This document shows positions 49,680 through 63,029 of a stretch of 64,000 bases of DNA, piece after piece. The notes below the pieces were generated by a model. It was not told the DNA's origin and made no database searches. It saw only the letters and a program-made list of their open reading frames with translations. Both the position numbers and the translations under genes were made by a program. The stretch is taken from NCBI RefSeq assembly GCF_006345805.1, contig NC_043014.1:17112001-17176000 (forward strand), read 5' to 3'. The stretch comes from Octopus sinensis (lineage: Eukaryota). The number at the start of each line of letters is the position of its first letter. Within the stretch, counting starts at the first letter, position 1.

Positions 49680-50315
49680 TTGATAATAATATCAACAAGG
49701 ATATATACCACTACAGGTTTTTCCATCGTAGTCTTTAAGTTTCTTGCTAGAAATTTTTTTTTTTTTTATTAACCTCCAAAGGATGAAAAATTAGCAAGAG
49801 AAGCAGTTTCCAGTCTTATACCATCTAGGGTATGAATTTATTTTCCTTGTTACTACTGGAGCTTTTGGAAATCAAAACAATCCAATATATAGTCACACAG
49901 GTGATTTTTATATTTGCTGTATATTTTGCTAGATTTTTCCAGGTCTTCTGAGAATCCTTAAAATTCAGATTTACTGCTAAGCAAAATGAAATTGGTGTCC
50001 TTTTCTAATCCACAATAAAAAATTTCAGAAAATCAATGTGAAAAAAAAATTTGCAAAAACTGTTGGAGACTGTAACTGAGTTGTTTATGTGGTGAAATTA
50101 CACATTTTCACAAGAATACTAATGACATTAGTACTGAGATTTCCATTTAAAGTTTTGGGCAATTGATAACAAAAGGGAACAAGAAAATTAGAGGGAATCA
50201 TTTTTTGTCACAACTGATGTGAGGATGAAAGCTGAAGCTTTAATACTTCGTAAACTGTGTATGTATGCATGTACATGAATAAAATACAATAAAAGAATAC
50301 AATAAAATATAACAA

Positions 50316-50702
50316 CAGGAGTGGCTCTGTGGTTAGTAGCTTGCTAACCAATCACATGGTTCTGGGTTCAGTCCCACCGCGTGGCATCTTGGGCTATAGC
50401 CCAAGGGCCGACCAATGCCTTGTGAGTGGATTTGGTTGACGGAAACTGAAAGAAGCCTGTCGTATATATGTATATATATATATATATGTGTGTATATGTG
50501 TTTGTGTGTCTGTGTTTGTCCCCCTAGCATTGCTTGACAACCGATGCTGGTGTGTTTACGTCCCCGTCACTTAGCGGTTCGGCAAAAGAGACCGATAGAA
50601 TAAGTACTGGGCTTACAAAGAATAAGTCCCAGGGTCGATTTGCTCGACTAAAGGCGGTGCTCCAGCATGGCCGCAGTCAAATGACTGAAACAAGTAAAAG
50701 AG
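50316..50702 (+). mobile_element. Full-length SINE family A (young-looking)
   Basis: Complete head to tail; nearly identical to 14056-14436 and 53378-53710. Confidence 0.92.
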
Positions 50703-51403
50703 TATATATATATGTATGTGTGTATGTGTGTGCGTGTGTGTGAGCGTCTGTGTGTGAGCGTCTGTGTGTGAGCGTCTGTGTGTGTGTGTTTGTGTAGCAT
50801 AGATAAGTAGGTAGATATGAATGTGCATTACTCTAGAAATTATATGACTTCTTCACGGTGTAAATATTTTGTTTACTGCCAGCCAATGAAAATGATATTG
50901 GAGGTTGTGATACTGTCGTCTGCTTTGAAGTTTTGAAGAAAGAATTCAATTTCTCCGGGGCAATGTCGCGAGACGGGCAATTATATACTCATAGTCTCTC
51001 ACACACCACAGACACGTACACACACACACACCACACCTACACGTGAATAGGTATTTGTTGGCGAATGTATATTTATGCACATATGAGCTTGCGCGTTCAT
51101 CTATGTTTATCTGTGACTGTATTCACGCACAATATGCGTAAGAAAAAAATAACATATATACACACATATGTATACATTCATAATCATGGACGTGTTCATA
51201 ACGTACACACACACACTTATACACGCACGCACACACACACACACATATATAAATATAAATATAGATAGATAGCTAAATGATAGATGAGTAGAGATAGACA
51301 GACAGGTGGATAGATAAATAGATACATAAATATATACTGATACAGACGTAGACATGTGTGTGTATATATATGTGTATATATGTATATATATATATATATA
51401 AAT

Positions 51404-51673
51404 TATAATAAAGGGTTAATTGCAACAAGTTGCTCAAAACCACCTGCCGAAAATATTAGAAATAGCAGCCAAATTGATCACTATTTCTCCTACTATTAAA
51501 AAAAAAATTTTTTTTTTAAGTCTCCACAAACAAACAGAATTTGTAACCTGTATATGGTAAAAAGAAAGAAAATAACGAAATCCCTAGGAGAAATAGTGAT
51601 CAATTTGGCTGCTATTTCTAATATTTTCGGTATGTGGTTTTGAGCAACTTGTTGTAATTAACCCTTTATTCTA
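51404..51673. repeat. 89-bp-arm inverted repeat
   Basis: Arms 51404-51492 and 51585-51673, with about 4 mismatches. Confidence 0.92.
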
Positions 51674-51775
51674 ATTAATATAATCCTTACCAAATATGGT
51701 CTTTTCCATACCGATAAATCTACTAGGTGAAATTTATAAATTTTATTAAATTAATTATATTTCACCCTTTTTTTG

Positions 51776-51811
<36 letters not shown>

Positions 51812-52476
51812 AATTAAATAATAAGGGTAGAAATTGATATTAATCAATTAAACCAGTGGCTTAGTATATTTTAAAAATATCTGAAGATTAAAAATTGTGT
51901 TAGAATCCTGATAGAAGAGAAAAAAAAAAGAATCATATTCCCTCTACACACTTTCCAACAGTGTAACCCTTTATATTCCTTTTTGTCTCTCCCTAATATA
52001 TTCCCTCAAATTTTTCTAGTTCTAACTATCGCTCTTCGTTCTGCACCTCTTAGTCTCTCTCTTCGTTCACACACACACAATGTTTATATTGATTCGTTTT
52101 TTTTCTTCACAGACATCAAACACATGGATGTGAGATACGTTAGAGCGGGAAAGTTGGGTCGGAGGCGGGAAAATCATCTCAGGGATGTTTTTGTATTGTA
52201 TGTAGTCTCTTGCTCTGTGTAAACACACGCACACACATTTATGCATATATACCTACACGCATATATATTTATATACTTTGTTGTATATATGTCTGTACTA
52301 GAAATATTTAAAAAAAAACATTCGCTAACACGTTTTAGAACATATATCAGTGTACACGTCTTATAATTTTTTATTTGCCAGCCTTTACTATTCAGGGTAC
52401 TAATAGCGTAGACTGGACCCGGTTTGCGCAGCCGCGCGTCCACAACTGGTCATTCAGTGCGAGCAACAGAAGTCCA

Positions 52477-52740
52477 ATGAATTCCACTAATTTAGACTCT
52501 TTTACTGATCTGCACAGCTCTGTTCATGATGGGCAGGATAGCGATGATTGTGTTAGTGATGAAAATTACGATGATATCTTGTTCTCTGATACCCCTTGCT
52601 TTTCTTTCAATAAACTGTTTGAAAATACTCAAAATACAAAAACTGAAAATACAGACTCCATTCCCAATTCCGTAGGAAAAGCCAACGACCGATGGAATCG
52701 AGTCTATATGGACACGAACATACATCATAAAGCTTCTAAG
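52477..52740 (+). CDS. PPP1R15: PPP1R15 (GADD34/CReP-like) exon: acidic N-terminal region ending ...HKASK; true start may be upstream (frame open from 52375, acceptor at 52395)
   Basis: Open frame MNSTNLDSFTD...ANDRWNRVY...HKASK with donor AAG|GTTGAA (phase 0). Splicing to 54423 creates KVRF. Confidence 0.75.
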
Positions 52741-54422
52741 GTTGAATTTGTATTACTTCCTTAAAAATTTCACGTGAACATATATTGTAATTTCTTTTCT
52801 CATTTGGTTTATGTAAACTATTGAATGCCATATGTTGTATATTTGAATATTCCCTCTTTCCAAAAATCAGGAAATAATCTAATTTTTATTTCTGTTTATA
52901 TTAGCAGCTGGTTCTTTCAATCAGCATTTGTTACATTTGCCGTGTAATTTCAAGCTGCTTTTCGCATAAATTGTTTTAATTGCAGTTGTTCATTTAATTG
53001 CAGTTGGTAGAAAAACATGTCAAACGTTTGTTCAACCTATTTAAGCTTATCTAATAACAGTTCACAAAGCGTATATTCCGTGGCCCTCAAACGGATGCAT
53101 CATTTTGTATGTCCTCTTCAACTGACTACGATTTTTTGTCTTTATCAGATTGAGGGTCGAGCTGGGGATTTTGGGGTTCCCTCCTATCTCTCTCATTAGG
53201 AATGTATTAATACTATTTAACATTAATGTTAGCTAATCAATGGAATTAACTCTTTTCAAAGTACATAGTCCGAACTCAAAGACCGGTTATTTTGGGTTTT
53301 TTTTTTTAGAATTCCAATTTTTCGTGTTGACAGCAAAAAAAAAAAAAAAAACCCGAAGAAATTATCGAAAAGTAAATATGGCTGTGTGGTAAGTAGCTTG
53401 CTAACCAACCACATGGTTCCGGGTTCAGTCCCACTGCGTGGCATCTTGGGCAAGTGTCTTCTGCTATAGCCCCGGGCCGACCAATGCCTTGTGAGTGGAT
53501 TTGGTAGACGGAAACTGAAAGAAGCCTGTCGTATATATGTATATATATGTATGTGTGTGTCTGTGTTTGTCCCCCTAGCATTGCTTGACAACCAATACTG
53601 GTGTGTTTACGTCCCCGTCACTTAGCGGTTCGGAAAAAGAGAACGATAGAATAAGTACTGGGCTTACAAAGAATAAGTCCCGGGGTCGATTTGCTCGACT
53701 AAAGGCGGTGACATATTCATTATGCACAGAATGTTATTTACCTAAATGGATTCCAGCGATTGGTTAAAATTGCCGAAATGCTCGAAATTAAAGATGAAAT
53801 ATCTTACAACCTATAGAATTTTCTCAATAAAGCCAAGAGAAAATGATGTTTTATAAACACATTCTACCAGTATACGAAGTTTAAAACTTTTTAGTTACCT
53901 AGAAATTATGTTACAAAGTGCCGTTCAAAAGGAAAAGATCCCATCTCTGCTCCACCTATCTTCTGTTGGGCTTGTATGTTATGCTTGTGAAAATCTGTTG
54001 AACCGAGTGAAATTGTAGTCCTGGGTGATAACAGTGCTGCCTGACTGGCATGTAAAATGCACCCACTACACTCTTGGAGTGGTTGGCATTAGGAAGGGCA
54101 TCCAGCTTTAGAAACCTTGCCAAATCAGATTGGACCCTAGTTCGGCCTCCGGGCTTGCCAGTTCTGTCAAACTGTTCAACCCAGGCCAGAATGGAAAGCA
54201 GACATTAAACTCAATGATGATAATAAAGGTATGAATAATGATGGGGTGACAAATCTTCAAAATCACTTGAATAAAATGTGAAGGCTAAAATATATAAGCA
54301 CCATTTTTATGTTTTGTATATCTGCCATTGCCTTGAGAGCAGTATTATTGAAAAAGTATGGTGTTAGTTTGCTTTCCCTGAAATTGATCTTTTATTTTCT
54401 TATTACTGTTTTTCCTCCACAG

Positions 54423-54674
54423 GTTCGTTTTGCTGCTGATGAGAAGTTAGAAACCAAGCACCTTATGCTTGCATGGAGCTATGCCTACCAAGCTGCCCGT
54501 AAAGGTGAATGGGTACAAATTCATATTGATTCAGAGAGGTTTCGACGTCGGATAGAAAACACTGAGCAAGTGTTGAAACCTATTTTAGATCCTTCTCACA
54601 GACTGAAGATCTTGGCTCTTCGGAAGAAATATGAACATTACTCAATGCATCTAGTAAAGAATTTGCCTAACTGA
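54423..54674 (+). CDS. PPP1R15: PPP1R15 terminal exon: PP1/eIF2alpha-binding domain
   Basis: ttttcctccacAG|VRFAADEKLETKHLMLAWSYAYQAARKGEWVQIHIDSERFRRRIENTEQVLKPILDPSHR. Matches GADD34 KVRF...W...[23 protein letters not shown]...LSPCL. Confidence 0.92.
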   Translation, partial: VRFAADEKLETKHLMLAWSYAYQAARKGEWVQIHIDSERFRRRIENTEQVLKPILDPSHRLKILALRKKYEHYSMHLVKNLPN

Positions 54675-56984
54675 AGATTTATTGTATTTTTCTTTAGGTG
54701 AAACTACATTACAGACTGTTAAATGCAATCTTGTCACATACAGACAACTATCAAATGGATATCATCTTAAATGTCATCATTGAAGCATTCTGTGATACAA
54801 AATGAAATATTTTTGTAATTAAACTAAAAAGAAAACATTTCATGTGATGGTCTTTTGGAGCTTTGTAGATCATATAAACTTTGACCTAATATTTAAATTA
54901 CTATTAACTCAACATTGTGGTTGGTGTTGGAAGTGGTGGTGTGTCTTTCATGACACACCATCTCTCTCTCATTACATGTATGTAGCAAGCAGCAGTTAAT
55001 ATATCTGGTCTCAGAGCTATTTATTATTTATTACATCTGGCTGACTCAGATTTTGAATTACTTTGGCAACCAGTCTCTGATTAAAGATGACTAACTCTAA
55101 ATCCAATAGTGGTTTTTTTCTTTTGTATACCATCGTCTAAGTAAATTCTAAAATTATGACTTGGTACATTGTTGTAACTTTCTGGGTATGTTTTATGTAC
55201 ATGTACCTGACCAGCTATAAATATTTTACTGCTGTACATAAAGTAAACCACAGTGTAAGGGGAGGTAATAACAGATTAACATCTAAGAAGATAATTAAAT
55301 TTATAGCATTCTCTTACAAAATCTTTGCTTTTTATGTAACATTCTTAATAAGATTAAGTTTTAAGGCAATTTTAAATAGCTAATGCTAATCAGTTAAATC
55401 TTACACTTTATGTGTGTGTGTGTGCGCGCCAAGCTGTATCGGCCTTTGCCTTTCCCTTGGGTAACACTGGCGGTGTGGAGAGGGGAGGCCGGTATACATG
55501 GGAAGACTGCTGGTCTTCCATAAGGCGAGCTGGCAGAATCGTTAGCACGGCGGGGGAAATGCTTAATGGTATTTCGTCTGTCTTTACGTTCTGAGTTCAA
55601 ATTCTGCCAAGGTCGACTTTGCCTTTCATCCTTTTGAGGTCGAAAAATTAAGTACCAGTTGTGTACTGGGGTCGATCTAATCGACTTACCCCCTCCCAAA
55701 ATTTTGGGCTTTGTGCCTAGAGTAGAAAAGAATATATATATATATATATATATACATATACACACACACAATAATGATCAGCTTTTTTCTTAATAATTCC
55801 TAACTTGGGAGTACTTCATCTTACATTGCATGCAGGTTATTGAAAGCCTTAAGGATTGGGTCTTATTTTACTTCTAGATACTAAATGTTTTCAAATTCAT
55901 GTTATTTTAATTTCTCTCAAGTTACAATATTTTACATGAAGTCTGAATTTCTCAAATAAATTATAAATTTAAAATTTCATCTGTTTGTTGTTTCCCCCCG
56001 CCCCCTTCAAGTGTTCTAAGTATCTACTTCAAATAGAATGGTTTCATTTTGCGAATCATATTTTGAATGGCATTGATAAGGGGGAACATTAAAAAAAAAT
56101 TTGTGGCTATTCATAGTTAGGGTTAACACAATACATACTTATGGTAGGGGAACAAACAGAACATAGAAAGCAGATGTGTGGTGAAGGCCAGGAGTAAAAA
56201 ATATATACCAGTGACACATCATTTCTGGTTCAGTCCCATTGCATGATGCTCTTGACAAGTGTCTTCTGTTGTCCTGGACTGACCTAACTTTTGTAAGAGG
56301 ATTTGATAGACAGAAACAAAGAAACCTGTCATGTGTGCTTGTTTGTCTTGACATTTGTAATCATAAATCTCATTTCCAATATTCTGCAAGGATATGTCTG
56401 GCCATGGAGAAATATTACCTTGCTTGGAAACTGTTGGTGACAGGACATCTGGTCATAGCAAATCTGCCTCAAGAAACTCCAATGCATGCAAGTATGGAAA
56501 AGTGGACGTTTTGGAATCCCTTGTCAGTTCAGATAAGGTAGTAAACTTTAGCATTGCATTATATAAGTTCATTTTGCAATTTGATACCAAGTTTGCTGAA
56601 CAATTTAGTCAAATGTCTTCTATGTTACATTAGGTTGAACAACTCCGTGTGTGTGTATATAAATGTAAACAAATGAAAGGTATAAACATCAATGAGAAAA
56701 CAACAAAAATTGGTGATCTATAAGATACTTAGTTTTTATTCTGTACTGAAATACACTCCCTTGTCTTGTACTGTCAGAAATTCCTGTTGGAAAGCAGTAA
56801 CCAATGGAACTATCAGTCACCAATGGTGATATATATAAAATCATCATTCAGTGTTCATCACCAACAAAAGTAGCAACTCCCTGAACTTAGCCCAGCCTGT
56901 TCTTATTCTAACAGCTATGCTTTCTTAGCTGACTCCTCCACTGCTGACTTGGTCACCTAAGTAAGGGAAACTGTTTACCACTTC

Positions 56985-58345
56985 TAAGAATTCCCCTGTA
57001 TGTTCCTTATTTGGTGGTTAATGCGAAAGCTAGGGATAGATGAGTGGTTGGTGAGGGCTGTACAAGCCATGTACAGGGATGTTGTCAGTAAGGTGAAGGT
57101 TAGCAACAAGTATAGCAAGGAATTCAGGGTGCAAGTAATGACTACACCACTGCACCTTTTGAGTCTATAGCTTGCACTTGGTACACCATATGGAATTTTC
57201 ACCTACATATTGAGCAGGACTATCTCCCTGAAGGGATCAGTGAGTTGTCTGTTTTCCTCTTACTAGGACTTTGGTCTTTGCTAAATTAACTCTAAGGCCA
57301 TTTAACTCCAGACTTTGCTTCCTTACCTGAAATTTCTTCTAGTTCTTATACTGATTCAGCTATAAGAACAAGGTCGTCAGTGTAGAGGAACTCAAAATAA
57401 GTAGCCAGTATTAAATTCCTCCGTTATTACCTGGAGGGCATGGCTTGTACAACTCTCATCAACCCCCTAGCTTCCGCATTGCCTACATCACAATTCTCTC
57501 TGACGCTGTCTTACAATTCGAAACACCTCATGCCACAGAATGTTGGTAAACTTCTTCCTTTCTGCTACTACCATTCTTCCAAGAATATTTCTTTGCTCTA
57601 ATGGCCCTGTCTACTACACACTCCTCTACCACGCCACACTAGATCTGATTGGGACTTTGCACTATCCACATATTTGGTCTGTGGCATTTAGTAAGTTGAC
57701 CCATAGGAACTTGTCTTCTGTTCCATGCCTATAGCCTTCCTCATTAAATGTCTCAATTAGGGCGTCTCTAAATCACTGACTATTCAAAGGATTCTAAAAC
57801 TTCCAAATCCTTCGTTTCCAGACTGGTCTGCTTCTTGGAATCCTCCTAACCTGAAGTCATGACTAACCAATGTGGAGGGGTACATTCTTCACCAGGGAAG
57901 GTCTTTGCATTTATAACCAACCATGTATCTCACTTTCTGGTGAGAAAGCAGTCAATCTGACTAGTGTTGGTCACTGGATTTGTAGGTTATCAGATTACTG
58001 GCTGGTTTCTTGAAGTTGGTGTTGCAGATCATGAGGTTATTCACATCACAGAACTCCTGTAGCCCTGTTCCTTCCTTGTTTCAGGAAAAATTCCATAGCC
58101 CCTATGTATAATGTTGAAGACATCCAGGTGCTGGCCAACATGTTCACTGAAATCACCGGCCACAAAGATATGGTCTGCCATTTGTGGATTTTTTTTTTAA
58201 TGCTGACATACAGTTCTGGCATGGTCGATGCCAGTACCGCCTGACTGTCTTCTGTGCTGGCAGCACGTAAAAAGCACCATTCGAGTGTGGTCATTGCCAG
58301 TGCTGCCTGACCTACCTTTCAATGTGCCTACATTGATAGTGTCAA
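56985..58345 (-). mobile_element. Third decayed RTE copy
   Basis: Segments match the APE/RT of 20353-24010 (e.g. VGTLKGRSG at ~58310; ggaggtaataacggaggaatttaa at ~57420). Confidence 0.8.
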
Positions 58346-59665
58346 CTCTGAGGAAATGAAAGGGGAGGCAGGAGAGAACATGGAGAGGGTGGGATTCAGC
58401 ATCTGAAAAAAAGGTTCTAATGAGCATTGGCCAATAGACATATAAAAATTGTCCTTTAATCTGCCATCATTCGTGTTATACTTGCTCCTGCCACTGAAAG
58501 TGGGTGCTATATAAGCATTGATAAATAAAAGTTAATTCATTACAGATAGATAAAATAGCTAACTGCTTAATTAATTAACTAAATTATAACTACTGCACAA
58601 TCATGTTTTGGTACAAAGTAACAAGCTACCACCAGTGGCATAAATGTTGAGTATTACACAAGGTGTTACAAATTAAATACTTAGCAATGGACTAAAATGA
58701 AATTATTTGCAAGAACTCCCCAAACAAATGTATGGCCTTATGCTAATGTAAATAAATACATTTATGAATTCCAATCTATTTTTTTATTTCTTGGAGCTGT
58801 TAATGCCCTTTACAATTTTCACTCATATTTGAAATAGCTAATAAATGTTGAGTAGATAAGGTGTTAGACTACATTCTCATAGATTAAGAGTTCAAATTGG
58901 CTAGTATTTTGTTCTTGAGATGAAAATTTTAATGTATGATGGAAATAGGTGGTAGATCACATAAGAATCTTTAATATTGTCCTCTCCAGGAGGAAATTCA
59001 AGTTACATCTACTTAATGTTATGAAACTGGAACAAGCCTGATATTTACAAACCGAACAAATAATTATTGAATTAAAATATATACATGTGTTAACTGCACA
59101 AAATTATTACCATAAATGAATTATTCAAAAATTATGTGAAAATTGTTTTAAAATTGAATATCGAGAAAATCAACCAGAAGCATGATTAAGAGATTTTAGA
59201 TTTTATTGATTAATGAACAAAACTAATGACATTTCTTATTTTTAACAAATTATTGTAATATGGCTTAATCTGAGAATTTGGAGGTAGCTTCCATAACATT
59301 TTCAATACTTCACAAAATATGAGAAAGTGAAGATATCTGATATTAATATGATTAATACTTGCATTCTTGAAGGTTAGGACATAAGGATAAAGCAAATACC
59401 AAGGACGTTCCACAGAGGCGCAGTTGTGACAAAGAATTAAAAAGAAATATATTGTGAGAAAGAAAGAAGGAAAAATATCTTAACCCTTTAGCATTCAGAT
59501 TATTTTGTCAAATATAATGCTTATTTATTCACATTGCTCTGAATTAATCATTATCTTGTAGCTTTGAAATTTCAATGATGCATTGTTTAATTTTAGAATG
59601 ACATTGCAGGGTAGTTGTGACAGACCTGATCTGGTCAGTTTGAGCACAAAATATTTGAGCCTGAT

Positions 59666-59956
59666 AGTGTTGTATTGGTAATGTCCATCAGAAGGGCAGT
59701 TTGAATCTTCTGTGTGATTGCAGGGTTGCATGTCTCCGACATTGACTACAAGATAAATGTTGTTCTCTTTGGCAATGCAGCTAATAGTTTCCTGAATTTG
59801 TGTTCTTGGATAGAGATCAGGTTCATCACATGGAATCCATGGTTTCACTTTATTAGGCTGTGGTATAATGTCAAGAAAGTTCTCAATATCAGTACGAGAA
59901 TAATTTCTCAAATGTGCAATAAGGCCGTTTTCAGGAAATACCAAAATATTCGTACC
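59666..59956 (-). pseudogene. Vanin/pantetheinase/biotinidase-family exon, truncated by a MITE
   Basis: ttttcAG|GTNILVFPENGL...FLDIIP.P..W.PCDEP...IQETISCIAKENNIYLVVNVGDMQPCN..D.NCPSDGHYQYNT: clear nitrilase-superfamily vanin motifs including the catalytic Glu. No donor; MITE sequence follows. Confidence 0.85.
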
Positions 59957-60029
59957 CTGAAAATATAAATATAATATATTTGCTAATAGCAAACACACTG
60001 TATGTACACGTACACACACACACACTTTA

Positions 60030-60335
60030 TCATCATCATTTAATGTTCATTTTCCATGCTGGCAAGAGTTGGACAGTTTGACAGGAGTTGGCTAACCAGA
60101 AGACTGCACCAGGTTTCACTGTCTGTTTTGTCATGGTTTTTACAGCTGGATGCCCTTCCTAATGCCAACCACCTTACAGAGTGGATTGAGTGCTTTTTGC
60201 ATGGCACCACTACTGGCAAGGTCTGTTTTGACATGGGTTTTACAAGTAAATACCCTTCCAAATGCCAACCACTTTATTGTGTGGACTGGATGCTTTTTAC
60301 ATGACATCAGCACTGGCTGGGTCACCAAGTAACTC
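60030..60335 (-). mobile_element. RTE 3'-UTR/tail copy
   Basis: catcatcatttaatgttcattttccatgctggc...gatgcccttcctaatgccaacc. Similar tails at ~39010-39235, 42470-42720, 49240-49625 and 54040-54220. Confidence 0.8.
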
Positions 60336-60954
60336 ACAAGACAAAGATCCGTTGAGAGGTGGGGTATTGGTGGAGGTGGTCTTGTGCCAGGTGATGAGAG
60401 GTTACAATGTGACAGAGGGCCAGAAATAGGTGTCTTGCTTTACGGGAGATACATAGTTATCCAGTCAGAGAGAGAAACCAAAGGAATGATCAAGAATGAA
60501 AGGAAGTTGGCAAGTGAGAGATGGTGGTGATGTGCCAGGGCACACCCTCAAGGTACAGGGATCAGAATATAAATGAGATGGTAGAGTATTACTAAGGGTG
60601 CATGCATGAATAGTGAATTCATATGAATGCACACAACAGGGGTAAATGCACTGACTGGTGAAACCTGGGTATATAGAGGATGGGGACACAACAGGATAGC
60701 TATGATACTGTGGGCAGGGCAGTGAGGACAGGATTTGGGAGCAAGAGATGAGCATAGTGCAAGAAAATGAGGAAGAGAAGATGAAGTTTGATTTAGAGGG
60801 ATAAGTTGTGTGAAAAGTTTTATTGTTAAATGTGGGTGGACATACAGCACTTCCAGAACACAGTCTCTCTGAAGTAAGAGGGAGCTTCTCAAGAACCTCG
60901 TATCACCAGACATCTCAGTTCATTGTCATTGCCTCCATGAAGCCCAACACCTTG

Positions 60955-61250
<296 letters not shown>

Positions 61251-63029
61251 ATAAAACCGCTATTAGGCAAATCATACAATGAAAAACTTAAGCCAATACA
61301 TAAGATTAATTAATTTATATTATTTTAATATATATCAAACTTATTAAAAAAGATAATTAATATAACACATATATATATATTTTTTTACATAAGAAAAAAC
61401 AACTTTCAGGAACATTAGTGGTTTATTGGGGTGGAAGGTTGTGAATTTTTCCCATATTGAAGTATGCTAAGCTGAAAATTATTTTATATTTCATGGTTGT
61501 CAGCCAGGGTTGCCAAATTGTGTAAATAAAAATACAAGAGTTAAGGAATGGAGTAGATAAAATCCAGGCTACATATGTTTCGTAGCAAGTAGAACCTTGG
61601 AAGTGGCAAAAATCCAAGCAAGGTGTATACCACAAGTTACTCTTCAGGCCAAAGATATTTTGATTAACTGAAGTTTACTTTGTCGTTAGGAGGCCCATGT
61701 TAACACATAATATAATATATTACACACACTCACACACACATATATACAGACAGATAATATGAATATTTCAAAAGCAACTTTTATATAAATTGATGTTTAA
61801 TTTAAATCACTAGCATTGAGACCATTGAAGAGAATGTATAATTTTTGCAAACTTATTAATGCCTATGCTTAGCAAAATCCATCACTGTGAATGAAGCCTT
61901 TCAAGAAAGCTACTCAAGCATTCAGTAGACCTATATTTTGTCTACTAAATAAAGTGAATAACCTCTCAATTTATTTGCTATATCATCATAGAGAGATTAG
62001 TGACACAAATATTAAAACAAGCAATTTTTTTTTAATGCTTAATCCTTTTAGATTTTACACTTACAAAAGCTTAAATCAACTGTGGCTTGGTACAAGAAAG
62101 ATAACGCTGTGAAACAAAATTTCAATTTTTTTTTGTTTTTAGTCAGTAAGTCTAGGAGCATGAGTGGCTGTGTGGTAAGTAGCTTGCTTACTAACCACAT
62201 GGTTCGGGTTCAGTCCCACTGCGTGGCACCTTGGGCAAGTGTCTTCTACTATAGCCTCGAGCCGACCAAAGCCTTGTGAGTGGATTTGGTAGACAGAAAC
62301 TGAAAGAAGCCCTGGGGTCAATTTGCTCGACTAAAGGTGGTGCTCCAGCATGGCCACAGTCAAATGACTGAAACAAGTAAAAGAGTAAGTATTATTTCCA
62401 ATTTGCGTCTAGCTAGAAATCAAAGGAAATGATTACTACTCCCTCCAATCTTAGCTTTTGTAACCTGGACATCAATGTTTTCCATTACATTTCAGACAGA
62501 TTCAGCACTGAGTTGCTGAAGCAGAAATATCATTATAGCAAATATTCTGCTCAAAACCACAGGTTTGCTTGTCAGTTGCTTGACCTTAACCACCTGAACA
62601 TGTCTCTTAGTGAATACCAATCTCTGATCAAGAGCAAGAGCAAGAGTAATGGAGGAGCATTAGAGTCATGTGCTGAGAGGGATTCTTTGGGGTTGAATAA
62701 ATGTAAGAAAAGTTTGAAGGAAATCTCTTTATATATAAACGACAAAATGTCTGTGTGTGTGTGTGCATGTCCTTTATACAAATCCACAATTTTTCAGTTA
62801 GAGGGCTCGCACTTTCTATGGTCATTCATAACCGTCCAAGGGTGGTCGTGCACATCTTTACATTTCCCCAGTCACCATTAAAGCCATTAAAAAAAATCAA
62901 TAGAAGTGACTTTTTTGTGAATTTTCTATCCAAAACCCAATCAAAATGCCTGAAACTTGATATGCCAATTGAATGCTAGCTAGCTGTATGTGATTGGTCA
63001 GAGATTTGGACAGTACTCGCATATATGTG

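Noticed and set aside
50925-50960. Heat-shock-element-like GAA/TTC runs near the putative PPP1R15 promoter
   Set aside because: No three correctly spaced inverted nGAAn units.
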